Assembly: GCA_965113315.1 (NCBI GenBank)
Contig: OZ220365.1
DNA from: Podarcis vaucheri
Lineage: Eukaryota
DNA: 64,000 nt
Strand: one strand, 5' to 3'
Position 1 is the first letter of the stretch. Each line of letters starts with the position of its first letter. The notes beneath the pieces were generated by a model that saw only the letters and a program-made list of their open reading frames with translations, ran no database searches and was not told the origin of the DNA. Below, in pieces: positions 51,294 to 64,000 of this stretch. The translations under genes and the position numbers were made by a program.

Positions 51294-51363
51294 CTTGCTT
51301 GCAGGCAATCCTGTTCCACTATGGACATCTCCTTCCAAATCAAATGTAGTTTCCTGTACAGCT
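51294..51363 (-). CDS. AFDN: Afadin exon (AVQETTFDLEGDVHSGTGLPASK)
   Basis: homology; phase 2/0, 70 nt. Confidence 0.95.
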
Positions 51364-51534
51364 CTAAAAAGACAACATACATTCAAGAACTAATTATTAG
51401 CAACATATAATATCCAGAAACACAGCACAACAATGTTTCGACTAATCACTTCTGGAATTCGTTACTAGCTGCAAATATACATTATGTTTACACACAGAAA
51501 GATTTTATCTCATTTTCAAAGAATGACACTATAG

Positions 51535-51789
51535 GTAAAGGTAAAGGGACCCCTGACCATTAGGTCCAGTCGTGACCGACTCTGGGGTTGCGGCACTCAT
51601 CTCGCTTTATTGGCCGAGGGAGCCGGCGTACAGCTTCCGGGTTATGTGGCCAGCATGACTAAGCCACTTCTGGCGAACCAGAGCAGCGCACGGAAACACC
51701 GTTTACCTTCCCGACGGAGCGGTACCTATTTATCTACTTGCACTTCCGACATGCTTTCGAACTGCTAGGTTGGCAGGAGCCGCTATAGA
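51535..51789 (-). mobile_element. Sauria SINE (5'-truncated) with (ACCTTT)n tail
   Basis: ggtaaaggtaaagggacccctgacc...gaactgctaggttggcaggagc; 13-bp TSD aatgacactatag (51522-51534, 51790-51802). Confidence 0.9.
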
Positions 51790-51954
51790 AATGACACTAT
51801 AGAAAGGTCACTAAAAGAAATTTAGGAAGTTACTTCAAAACTTCCACATTTTGATCTGTTCTGCTCATTGATATTCTTGCCATTATTTTATTTGTTGTAC
51901 TTATTGTTGGCTCTCATGGTCATTTTATGGAAAGGCAGTGTAGAAATGTTATAA

Positions 51955-51985
<31 letters not shown>

Positions 51986-52437
51986 AAATACAAAGATAGT
52001 CCAACACTTGTTTCTTCATGCTACTACAGTTCAGGGACCACTGTGATTTTCATCATGCCTTACCTCATGACATATAAAGAATACAATTAAATGCATGCAA
52101 TATGAAAGGTGTGAAGCATTTTCTTCCAAGTATCCTTGGTTTTATAAAATTATACCATTTATAAATTTATTATAGTATAGCATGGTGCCTTTAGCTATGT
52201 TGACTTTGCTCTTTTATTAATGGAACTCTACAACACAACATTAGTTTTAAGTATAAATTAAGCAACTGGAAATTCCAAAAGATTTCACAAGATGGAGCAA
52301 GAGTATTAAACATTAGTAAGAAGATAATTGTATTATTCTTATCAGGGTTGCCACTTGAAAAATGAAACATTGCTATGCCATCACCATCTTAAATAATTTT
52401 CTGAGTTTGGGATTATTGCTTGAAAATGGTGATTTAC

Positions 52438-52697
52438 CCAGCTTTGAGTCGTGAACTTTTCACCATGTGTCCTGCATCTAGACGTCCTTTAGGAATGTGA
52501 TCTTGAATGGGATCCACAAATTTAAATACATGAGAGGTCCCAAACTGAACCTTCATACCACTTTGCAGCATAGTGGTCTCTGAGATCCGCTGACCTTCTA
52601 CATAAGTCTCGGCATCAATGCTTCTTGGGGTAACTGTAACAACTCCATCCATATTAGTGAGGTCACAATGATGAGGCTGAATTCCTGGACCAAACAA
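52438..52697 (-). CDS. AFDN: Afadin FHA exon (LFGPGIQPHHCDLTNMDGVVTVTPRS...SSRLKAG)
   Basis: homology; 260 nt. Confidence 0.97.
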
Positions 52698-53601
52698 CTG
52701 AAAATAAATAACCAAAATTTAGAAGTAGCAAAACCGATACCAGGTTTTTTTTTTTAAAAAAAAACAACCTATGCTAATATGTACATAGGTGTTTTGGTTT
52801 AAATAAGCAAAGTACTTTTTTGCAATATTAATTGCATTAGTTCAGCATCAATTTCCTCAAAATGTACCATGAGCGATGGGATCAAGTATCTTTCAGAAAC
52901 CACCAAAAGCTGCCTTCTGTGAATGCATGTAAGGTGATGAGTATAATGATTGGGTAATGGCAACATTAATTGAAGAATAACTATGTTATCTTGTAGAATA
53001 ATACAATACCATTTAGCATCCGTGCTAGTCAACACACATACGTTTACAACTTTAAAAACTGAAGCCTTTTTAATTATATTTTTCCTGGTTCCCACTTTAT
53101 TAATATTTTTCAGTACACAACTGAACATGAAGCTAAGTGGTTATGATAGAAAGGGTTGACCAATAGCATTAAAAAATATTGGGCTGTATCAGAAGTAACA
53201 TGCTCAGAACAGATCCCACTGAAATCTAACGTAGTCATGTCCAGTAATTTAAATGGGAGCACAAGCAACGACCAATTGTATGGCAGTTACGTTCCTGAAA
53301 CCCGCGCTTTGGAAGAATGAGCATAAGCCCTCTGCACCCAGTTCTGCCCCTGGCACACCTCCTTTTCCGGCTACTTCCAGGTCGTCACACATAAATTAGC
53401 CATTGCCTGTATGTACTTTGAGTGAGACTAACAATGAATACAAGCAACTGGATACAATCAACCACCCAGATCAACTAACTGTCTAGGTTCTGAATGTCTG
53501 GAAAGTATATCATTCCTCTTCCCATGGTCACACAAAGGTTTCAGCACAATTCAATGTCAAAACAAATGATGGGTTGTTGCAATGATAACATGTTGCAAAT
53601 T

Positions 53602-53743
53602 CATGGGGGTAGCCAGGATTTTTATTAGGGGGTACAGATCTTTTGTTTGAGGGGGTGCAGAACCTCAGTTTGCTATGTATTTTTATTGATGTTTATTGAT
53701 GGGGGGCAGCTGCCCCTTCCTGCTCCCCTTGGCTATGCTCATG
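53602..53743. mobile_element. hAT-like MITE
   Basis: imperfect TIRs catgggggtagccagg / ccttggctatgctcatg. Confidence 0.6.
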
Positions 53744-53904
53744 GTTCCAATGGCTTTAGGATTGTGAACTCTCCTTCCCCCCCTAGAGGGGAGGATCTAA
53801 AGTTGCTCTTAACAATAAACCATTTTTTTTGTCTGATCCAAATATGGGAGACTGCAGCTTGTATAAACCAAACTCTCTTTCTTGACTCAATAAATGTTTC
53901 CTAC

Positions 53905-53999
53905 CTGTATGGAGTTGTCATCAAATTTTTCTGTACCAACTTCTGTCACACTTAACTGCAGACGATAGAGCTTTGGTTTATCTCTTGAGTCAGAGCCAT
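53905..53999 (-). CDS. AFDN: Afadin exon (DGSDSRDKPKLYRLQLSVTEVGTEKFDDNSIQ)
   Basis: homology; phase 1/0, 95 nt. Confidence 0.96.
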
Positions 54000-55240
54000 C
54001 TGCAAGTAAGAACAAGTTATTTTGTTTGCAAAAGTAATTAAAGCATGTAATTTAAAAAAAAAAAATGAATATACACAAGGACATTGCATAACAAAATACC
54101 ATTGCTGGAATTCCAAAGCATATTTCAATTAAGCTTTAAAATAGTATTTATTTCAGTAATTATGTTTATGTTATTATACATAAATCCAGGAGGTCTTCAA
54201 ATAACTAACACTATAAACATATAAAGACATACTAGCACTGGGAAATTTGAGATAATACAAGAAGAAACATTAAATATACTGGATGACATCCAACTAAGTC
54301 ACACTTAAAGTAGACACAACGAAATCAATCAAGTTAAGTTAAATCCCTTTATTTCAATTGGTCTACTCTGAACTAGATATCATTACCTGGTTGTCTCAAA
54401 TTAAGTGATGCTTGGAGTATAACATTTAAATCAATGGACTTCAGTTGGTTTCAACATGCCTACCCTGAGTATAAGTTGGTATGATAGAATCCAATTGTTT
54501 TCCTTACCACAATTTCCAATTTGTATAAACTGCCTTGTGATTTTTGAATGAAGGGCAGTATAGAATGCACAAATGTATATACATACATACATACAATTTA
54601 AAGAGTGCAAACATAATGTTTTAAGAAGGGCTGCCTCCCACTGCGCCAAAAAAGAAACACTGGGTTTGTGCACTAAATTATCCCTGATTTTATCTTTCAG
54701 TAGCTGCTGATGTGCATATTTCCCTTCCTTAGGATCTATGGATAAAGGGCAAGTTAGAAATATCATAAATAAACAAATAAAATATTCCATTTAGTGGATT
54801 TTCTTTCTTTTTTTAATTGTTCTTCACATTTTAATAAATTACTGTTCATGGTTTCTCAGTTCTCACACTAACTGCATATAAGTAGTGATGATGTGCACCA
54901 CACCTCCGAACTTGGCGGCTGGGGAGAATTGTACACATATCTAAAAGTGTAATTCATGGATTAATTATCCTGAGAGACTGTCAGAAGTATTTTGAGGCTA
55001 TTGGTACAGGTGAAAAGAAATGTAGCAGAGGGGTGCTTCTAGCGACACAACAGGCCAGATCCTTATCTCCTTACCCCCCTGGCAGGCCAAATTTGACAGG
55101 TGGGCAATCAACTGACACTGGGCTTTAAAATCAGGATTGCTGGGACTTCAAAGCTAGCACAGCAAGATTTGAAAGCCCTGCTGCTGTTTGCAAGCGGCTT
55201 TCTAACAGCCCCTATGCTCCTGTTTGACAGAGCTCAAACA

Positions 55241-55328
<88 letters not shown>
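55241..55328. repeat. Compound microsatellite (CT)n(GT)n(GA)n
   Basis: direct sequence; other microsatellites at 9529-9557 (CA), 51961-51985 (CT), 56190-56230 (GT). Confidence 0.97.
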
Positions 55329-55331
<3 letters not shown>

Positions 55332-56193
55332 TCATGAGAGAAAGAGAGCCCTTTGTGAAAGTTAGAAATCCCATGTGCAGGCAATGATTTCAAAAGAAAG
55401 CTGTCTTTTGAAAGCGTTGCCTGTGCGCAAGTAGCCATTGTTTGCAAAAGGCAGCGCTTTTAACACCCTCTATGCCCATTTGAAGCTCAAACTGGTGGGG
55501 GGCAGTGTCTGAAAGCCCTTGAAAAAGGGATAAATATGCTGTGCAGAAATACTTTACTTTTCTCTATGCTGTGCAGCCAATACAAGATTAAATCCTGTCC
55601 TTCCACCCACTGCCTGACACCACCAGTGATCCCAGCTGACGGTTGGGTGAAAACAGCATGGCGTTCCAAATGCTACTGTGGGCCAGAGGTTCCCCACCCC
55701 TGATGTAGCATTTTTCCATACATGTTGAATTCCTTTTCCCCAACTGAGCATGCACTGGATTCCACTGAACATTCACACCAACCATATAGTTACATAGTAA
55801 AGCAGTATTCATTAAGAACAACCCGGATCAATTCCAGTTTAGGGAAGTAATATTAAGATGCTCTTATGTTGATCTATTCTTGCTGCAGCACTTACACAAG
55901 TAGTTGCCTCAACATGAGTCTTTGTTTCAGTTATTAAGCAGCCTTCTCGCTCTCACTGCATTCAATACATAAGCATAAGCAACAATATGTACTAATTAAG
56001 CAGTCACAGGAGGCAGTGGAGAGATCACAAAGATCTGCCCGGATAAAACCTACATTAAAAGCAGAACTTTTAATATAAAAAATGCTGAATTTCCCTTAAG
56101 AGAAACAAACACGTTTAACCTGATTATATAAAAGGTAGTTCAATAGCATTTTATGTACACCACACTTTAGGTACTTGGAGGAAGGGCAGTGTG

Positions 56194-56232
<39 letters not shown>

Positions 56233-58732
56233 GATTTCTACTTATAAGAGCAACAGCAAGACTAGGGAGCATTATTCCTTCTAATGCTGAATTACTCAGT
56301 CCCAGTGCACCAACATCATTATAGCCAAAATAGGCTCACTGAGCAATAAGAGGGAAATAACAGCATGCTTGGACCAATCCCAAGGTATGTACTAGTACAA
56401 AAAAAATGAGGGGCGGGAACCAAAGGAGACAATTCCGTTTTTTTAAAGGTTTCAAATATAACTGTGCTATCATGTAACACATGCTGGATGTACCCTGCTC
56501 CCTTACTGTATAAGGGTGCTATTAAACTAAGTTTTAATCAGAATTGACCCATTGAAATCAATGTCCATGAGTTTGTCCGGTAATTTCAACAGGTCTACTC
56601 TGAGTAAAACTTAGTTGAATGCTACCTATAATGTTCAGGCCAGGGGTCATGTGCCAGGCTTTCAAAAGCTATTGCACAAGCTCTTGGTGGTGAAGGGATG
56701 ACAGAAACAGGAAGGAAAATGAGAGATGGGAAAATTTATTTTTAAATCATTTAGCTGGGCTATAATAAGCTTTTATCTGCTGTCAGCTTGTGGTGTGCTA
56801 TGCAATTGTTTGAGGGAAGAGCAAACCAAAAGACAACAAACTGAGGAGCTGGAACAGAGACAGCTGGTGGCAGGAGATTTTTTAAAAGGAGAGAATGTAA
56901 TAAGAAAATGTTGTTTAAAAACAGCAACGAATGACAACCTGATCTGGTTGGAGACACAGGACAGGAAAAAGGGGAGGTTTATCTCTCCTTTCTCCATACT
57001 TTTCCTCACCCATGAAAGTCTCCCCATAACTGCTATTTGTGCTCATGATAACTTTCCTGAGGCAAATGAGGGCGAAGGACCATTTACACTGAAGAAACAG
57101 ACTAAGTGGGGAGAAGGGTTCGTTCATGCCATGGTCCTCATCATCCCTCAATAGGCAGTTCCTAGTTAGGTGACGGCCGGGTGTGTGAATCATTCTTCCA
57201 GCTGTGTATTTAATCATTAGAGTGGAAAAAGGGAGGGTTGTTGTTGTTTTGCACATTTCACATTCCACCTTCCCACTGCAGCCCCAGCACCAAATGCCAA
57301 AATATTACAGAGGGTTCGCAACACAACATCGAAGACGTCAGAAAAACAATCGGAAGCCACGGAAGCTGCGTTGGACATTTGGCTTCTGAAAAATGTTTGC
57401 AAACCGGAGCACTTACTTCTGGGTTTGCAGCTTTCAGGAGCTGATTTGTTCGGGAGCCAAGCCATTTGAGTACCAAGGAACCATTGTATACTGCATTGCA
57501 GGGTCTTACTGGGCTGATTGCTGCTTCAATGTGCTGGCTATTGTGATGTTATTTGTTGCTTTTAACTTAAATGTTTTAAATTATGTGCTTATATGTTGCA
57601 GTTGTATGTTGCTCAGTCTATATACACTTCCCACCTTGTGAGGAAATTTTTGTGAAAGGCAGAGTATAAATTTATTACAAAAAATAAACAAACAAACATT
57701 TACTCCTATAGAAAATAGTAGGACTTGCTCCAGAACAGACAGGCATAAGATTACAAAAGGGGTAGCTAACATTGTGTCCTCCACCTGACCACTGGTCATG
57801 CTGACTTGGGTTGATAAGAACTGTAGTCCAACAATATCTGGCAGGCACCATGTTGGTTAGCCAAGATTATGCCGTAAAGAAAAAGCCATTCCTATGATGT
57901 GTTGTTACACAACACTCTTTGGAAAAGAGCTTCTAAACAGCGAAGTGCTATATTTTGCCACAGTAATGCTCCAATTTTAGAAATGCACTGCTGCATAAAA
58001 TTAATTAGAAGCATAATGAATGATTACAACATAAGTCAAATTGCCCAACTGGGACTGACACAGTGCTACTCAAATACAAAAAAGGTTGCAATTAACTTTT
58101 ATTTTTTTAAAAAAATGTTTTTTTTATAAGAAGTACATATATTTGTGCACACAACTCTTCAGGCAGGATAAGATTAGTACGTTAACAGCTTTCTGGACCT
58201 CCATTTTTCCCCTTAAAAATGTAAATAACATAAGGGAAGAGTATGGTAATGAACTGAGAGGCCTTAAATTATTTACTTGTATTCAGGTACAAATAACATT
58301 CAACCAAAGCTTTGCATTTGTTTAAACTTAACAGCTAAACTACTCTTAGCTATTAGAAAAACTCTTCAGATATGTAAGTGACACAAAATATTAACATGGC
58401 TTTTTAATTATTAAAATTGTTTGTACTAAATTAATCATGCTAAATTGGCTCTCCATCAATTTAAATCAGTGAAATTGTTTCAAGTGAAATTTCAGAGAGT
58501 CCTTCCCGCCCCACCCCCCACCCCGGCAAAACAACCACCACCTCATTTCACTGCAATATGGTGAACCTGACTGCTAGCATAGAGAGAAAATATATGGAAG
58601 CATGGAATAGCAAGTCTGGAAGGGAGGGAGTGGGATAAAAGAATCACAGATGGTGGAAAAACAAAAAGAATGCATGGCACTGAGAAAGTGGATGGAGAAA
58701 AGTTTTTCTCCTCTCGTAATACTAGAACACAT

Positions 58733-58870
58733 GGATAGCTCAGTTGGTGCTGGTAATGCCAAGGTGGCAGGTTCGATCCCCGTTTGGGACAGCTGCATGT
58801 TTCTGCATTGCAGGGGGTTGGACTAGATGATCCTCAGGGTCCCTTCCAACTCGACAATTCTATGATTCTA
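58733..58870 (+). mobile_element. tRNA-derived SINE with CR1-type tail
   Basis: A-box tagctcagttgg, B-box ggttcgatccc, 3' ccttccaactc..attctatgattcta. Confidence 0.88.
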
Positions 58871-61622
58871 ACATCTAAACAAGCTGAATGTTGGAAGACT
58901 TAGGACAGATTAAAAAGCATTTCTTCATGCAGCGGATAGTCAAACTATGATACTTGTTCCTCCAGGAGGTAGTGATTGTCACCAACATGGATGGCTTTAA
59001 AAGAGGAATAGATAAATTCATGTAGCAGATCCACAGATGAATCTGCCACTCTAGCTAGTTTGTTGGGGCCCTTCCAAAGATCTGTGAACCCAGTAGAACC
59101 TCTATAGACCATGAGGTTCTACAGCACCACTAAAACCATGGAGAAAGGTAAAAGTTAACAATAACTGTCTTAATAGAGAAGACCTCAGTCTGCACTGTGC
59201 AGAAAAGCAAGCAGCAGCTGAATAAGCAGGGTGCAGTGGTGAAGAGAAGGAGCAGGTCCAGGGGACTCTTGCCAGTGGGCATTCTGCTGGGATGTGGACC
59301 TTAAGCAATGTCCAACCATGCAGATACCAGCCCTATAACTGATGGCAACACAGGCTGACCTGTTCACACAGCAGATGCACCTCTCCTCAGCAACCTGAAC
59401 ATACAAGCATACACCCCTTCCCCCAGCACAGCCAGTAAAGTGGAAACTAGAGAGGGACATGGGAGAGGCATACCTCCCATACACTAGCACATCACCTCTG
59501 GCCATTCTACTTTTTAAAAAAAGGCTAGATGATGGCATTAGAAGTAGCTAAAAGCTCCCTCTTCTGCAGGCCTTGCATTTTCAATAAGCACTACAATCTA
59601 CTTTATTAACGCAATGAAATTGAAGCAGAGCATTTCCTTCACCATGACCATGTGTTTGTCTGCACCCAATTATTATCTCCAGCAATCCTGCAGGTCTAGC
59701 CGTGGGAAGCCCATACCTATGCTCAACAAGATGAGCGTTACAAGATCTAGAGTCACTTACCATCATGGTTCCTCTTTGTCTCTCTCATTCTCTATCCAAC
59801 AGCCTTCCCAGGAACATCCACTTGGTGCCATCCTTATGGTTTTTTGACACCAGGTGAAGACCTCTGTTCACCTAGGCCTTTATATACACTGGCCCTCTCA
59901 GTTTTTAAATCTGCATTTCTAACTTTGGGGTTCTGACAAGTTTCTTTTTCCTTATATTCAGGTTCCTTTTATTTTTCATTTAATTTTTTATTACTTATTT
60001 ATTGTAAAGCCTCCCTGAGGGCTTTATATTATGGCTACAAATGTTGTTAATAAATAAAATTTGAAAAGTAGGCTGTGCTCCCAGACAGAGCCTAAGGAAT
60101 AGCAGCAGTCCTGCTTCCTGGACAAAAGCTGAGCCAGAAATGAGCCTTCTCTCCAGAAGTAACAACTGTTATAGCCCTGACAACTGATCTGAAGAGGAAT
60201 TATCTACTGCAAGCTCTTTACTAGCTCAACAATAACTGAGAACTATCAGTAGCTTTCTTATTTTTACTTATGAACAGATGACCTAAATAAGGGCCGGGGA
60301 AACTTGTGACATGCTGGTTGGAACCAATGTGAGCTGGGAGCCCAACGATATGGGGTTGGGGGGTGTAAATTGCCCACTCATGAATTAAAGCTTAATAGAA
60401 CTGCCAATGCAATGACATCTTGGAAACTACAGACAACTCTTGACAATTCCACATTATAAAGATGTATATAAAATTATGTGACCTACTTAAGAGAACTCAA
60501 GAGCTTTAGGGCTTTTCCTGTACCACCAAAAAGGATTCATGCATTATTTTAAAAAGTGGTTTAAAAAAGCAAGAATTGACAGAACAGGCATTAAGTATGC
60601 TTCATAATGGATTGAATACCTTAGTAGCAGCAAAAAAACAGTCTGCTGCTTTAACTGAGATTAAGCCTAAGAGTTTACATTTTCTGCTGGTACACAAATA
60701 CATTCTCTCCCCGCCCCCGCCCCCCCCCCCACAGAACAAGTTTATGAAAACACTGCAGCTGGCAGCCAACTTACAGAAATGGGTGGTATTTCAGAAGAAG
60801 ATGCAACACTACTATATTTCAAACACCATGTTTAACTAAGTATATTACCACTGTTTTTCTTTTGCAAAAAACAAAAACAGATTAGCTACCAACATAACTG
60901 GGAAACAAAGGATTCATAAACATTTTTTCATTAACAGCTGTTACAAAAGAAATCGTGTTCATTCTCTACAGACACACATACACTGCCGCTTGTTCAAAGT
61001 AAAACTCTAGGTAGTCAAAGAAAAACAATGTCATCTTCTGATTTGTGAAAGAGGTTTCTAATTGCAATTAGAAATGTAAAGCATATTGTTCAAGTTATTG
61101 GCCACAAGCCAACTGCATGAATATGCAGTAGTGGGCTGCTACATGTGTATAACCTTGATCAGAGGATTTTTAACAATGCTCATCCATCTATTTGGGAGAA
61201 GGCAGCTTCCTGGAAGCTGAATCCAACCCACGCTATCCAGTTTCAGATTATAAACTGTCAGTTATCTCAGTGGATGGTACATGTGCATGTAGAAATTGAA
61301 CTTAGATGTGTGATCCCAAACCCTCACCACATGGCCCTACTAGATATACGAGTACCCAAATTTTACAGAAGTACTAATATTGATATATGTGGCCCCCAGA
61401 TGATATTGTTTAGAGCATACTAGGGATTTTTAAAAAGTTTAACTTTGAATTATTCCTTTCCTCCACACCTGAAGATATAGACTAGAAATAGGGTTAGATC
61501 TGAGCTTCTGTTCATTAAGGAAGAAAAATGCAAGATCCGTTTTCAAAACTGACAAAAGCCTTTTTTGCTAGCACAGATTTTAGTGACTAGTGAGAAAGAA
61601 CAGTATTAAATAACAGCATTAC

Positions 61623-61667
61623 CTTCATAAGTGTGATAGTTGAAGTAGGCAAAGTGATTCCTTCTCC
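61623..61667 (-). CDS. AFDN: Afadin 45-nt cassette exon (GRRNHFAYFNYHTYE)
   Basis: homology to human GRRNHFAYYNYHTYE; phase 1/1; upstream exons lie beyond the window. Confidence 0.94.
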
Positions 61668-62372
61668 CTGGGATTAGAAAACACATGCACAGGACCCAGG
61701 TGAAGGCAGCATCAGCAGAACAGATACCATGCAGAACATGCGGAGGAGGGCAGAGAAAAGAAAAGATAGGAAAGAGTGAAACTGTAAGCCAACAACACTT
61801 ACTCAATTTAAAAGGATGAAGTGCTTTTAACGCTTTCAACTTTAAATACTGCACAGAATATAGAGACATTGGTGTTGTGGATGGATTAATACGATTGTTA
61901 AGTAGTTGGCAGCAAGCTGCTAGAAGAAAGCACAGAAAAATCACCAAGCAAAGTGGAAAGGCCATCATTAGCTGTACACAAACTAAAACCTTAATTCATA
62001 TAAGACTTCCCTTTTAATTTAGAAATATTGTGACTTCTATTCATTCACTGTCTATGGGTGGATGTACTGGGGTACCATCATACCCATTACAAACGCACAG
62101 AATATGATGCCAAGGTACGTCCACTCACAACTCTGCTTTCAAATATTAAGTAAAGCTGGAATTAAATGGCAGAGTAGCAGTCCACCAATATGCTGTCATG
62201 TGAAATATTTTCCCTATATCCAGACAATCTGTGTGCAAATACAATCATGTGCACTATCACATATGCTGGAGGTTAAATTTTATATTGTTGCCAGTATATG
62301 AACTGGGCACCCCACATGATAACTGGTTGCTGTACAAAACCTCCACACGTATTATCCCCATATGAAAGATAG

Positions 62373-62637
62373 TGCTGCTCCAGAGAAGCGGACACGGAGC
62401 AATGGATCCAAACTACAAGAAAGAAGATTCCACCTAAACATTAGGAAGAACTTCCTGACAGTAAGAGCTGTTCGACAGTGGAATTTGCTGCCAAGGAGTC
62501 TCCTTCTTTGGAGGTCTTTAAGCAGAGGCTTGACAACCATATGTCAGGAGTGCTCTGATGGTGTTTCCTGCTTGGCAGGGGGTTGGACTCGATGGCCCTT
62601 GTGGTCTCTTCCAACTCTATGATTCTATGATTCTATG
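62373..62637 (+). mobile_element. Young CR1 3' end with (ATTCTATG)n tail
   Basis: encodes RTRSNGSKLQERRFHLNIRKNFLTVRAVRQWNLLP (CR1 ORF2 end) plus tail. Confidence 0.93.
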
Positions 62638-63007
62638 AAGCAGCAGCCCTCAGTATCTTGCACATTCAAAACTGCATATTCCTTCTGGTAAGAAGAGTTC
62701 TTGTTGGAAACACTGTGACTGCCTCAACCCTCCTCTCCCATACCTTAATTTCAGACAAATGAAAGTGAATAATAGTGAAAGAACCACAAGAAAAACATTT
62801 CCTCTTTTAGGAAGAAATCTATATGCATAGTAAGATTCACTGACAGGAGGCTGGAGCAAAACATGTTTCCAAAGGATAAAGAACTGCTCCCTATGGTTCC
62901 CAAGCGAAGGCAAACTATATGAAAATCAGAATACGCTTGACACATACTCTTAAAGGATTAGAACAGTGGTACTACTTTTGTTGTATTTACCATATTCTAC
63001 TTGTGAC

Positions 63008-63169
63008 CAGTGGCGTAGCATGGGGGGTGCAGGGGGGGGGCCAGCCGCACCAGGCGCAACATCTGGGGGGAGGGCGCTCGCAGCTCTCTGCCCCTACTAA
63101 AATCCACGGGTTAGGGGGCGCAAATTACTTGCCTTGCCCCGGGTGCTGACAACCCACGCTACGCCACTG
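63008..63169. mobile_element. hAT-type MITE
   Basis: TIR CAGTGGCGTAGC / GCTACGCCACTG and a perfect 8-bp TSD cttgtgac. Confidence 0.93.
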
Positions 63170-63519
63170 CTTGTGACACAAAAGCCACATAACAAATAAC
63201 TCCAAGTATAAAGATCACATTTCATATTATCATAAAATTCAAGCTACAATCCAGAACTCCAAACCATATGTGTTTACAATGACACAGGCTGGTTTCAATA
63301 TTTTCCGATTACATCCTTCAGCATAACCTGAATCTAGTTCTACAACAGAACATTTGCATACATGGCTGATAGGTGGTGAGACTCCAAAAGTCTACTAGTC
63401 ACAATTACTACACTGGAAAACCATTGACCCATCACTGCAGACATTTCTGTGTACTTTGATTTCCACACTGTAAACCCAGAATATATTTTCCACCTGCGGT
63501 TTATGTATAGTGGCATGCT

Positions 63520-63960
63520 TATTTATATGCCACCCTTAATAATAATATTTTCGGGTTGGCTTGCAAATAAATCACATGATAAAACAGCAAAAAGCAGCAG
63601 GTAAAAGCAGCACAAAACAGTACAGATAAGACTGAGAATTGAAAAGGAAATAAAAAATTTTGCATAGTGCTGACAAATTATCAGAATAGGATCCAGGCAA
63701 GTCTCCCTAGGGAGAGCATTCCACATGCAGGGTGGCACCAGTGAATAGAACGCACACACGCACTCACCCACCCACCTCCCCTCCCCTCCCGTGGGGCATC
63801 GGAAGATGATCTCCAGAGTATAGGCCAGGCAGAGAAGGTAATCCTTTAAGTATCCAGGCCCCAAGATATTTAGGGGTTTAGAAACAGGCCCCAGGAAACA
63901 AACTAGGAGCCAGTTCAGTTGTTTACGTAGCACTGGCACGATGCATTTCCATTGTATGAC
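63520..63960 (-). mobile_element. L2-type LINE 3' remnant
   Basis: GPGYLKDYL...WNALPRE motifs in the minus-strand ORF plus an L2-like tail. Confidence 0.7.
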
Positions 63961-64000
63961 AGCAATTAGCAACCAAGAAGCTACAGTTTCAGAACAAAAC

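Noticed and set aside
42470-56620. Recurrent short imperfect palindromes (gagtagaccc..tgaaat..atttca..ggtctactct) at ~42470, 46175-46330, 53190, 54290 and 56530
   Set aside because: Appear to be decayed copies of an old dispersed palindromic repeat; no unique structure to support function
56726-57268. 142-aa and 117-aa intronic ORFs
   Set aside because: No domain-like composition, no splice support and no similarity to afadin exons
58733-58790. tRNA-like A/B boxes
   Set aside because: Head of a tRNA-derived SINE with a CR1 tail; cannot form a full cloverleaf

Overview
Vertebrate genomic DNA from a squamate reptile, probably a lacertid lizard (Sauria SINE, CR1/L2/BovB fragments and many Tc1/mariner and hAT MITEs). 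Most of the window (about 8390-64000) is the 3' three-quarters of afadin (AFDN/MLLT4) on the minus strand. I traced 27 exons with consistent splice phases, from just before the FHA domain through the dilute (DIL), PDZ, proline-rich, coiled-coil and F-actin-binding C-terminal regions. These include three cassette micro-exons, a GC-AG intron, several alternative C-termini and a ~2 kb 3'UTR. About 2 kb beyond the AFDN poly(A) site, a CpG-island promoter (CHR, CCAAT, RFX X-box and STAT/ETS-like motifs) drives a second minus-strand gene. Its first three coiled-coil-encoding exons are visible; it is probably KIF25, inferred from synteny only. No prokaryote-type system (CRISPR, operon) is present. 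The best candidates for undescribed biology are a tandemly duplicated, still-open copy of the penultimate AFDN exon, a near-perfect 72-bp intronic hairpin, a candidate internal first or cassette exon splitting the PDZ domain, and inverted repeats bracketing that intron. All protein and repeat-family comparisons are from memory, not database searches.
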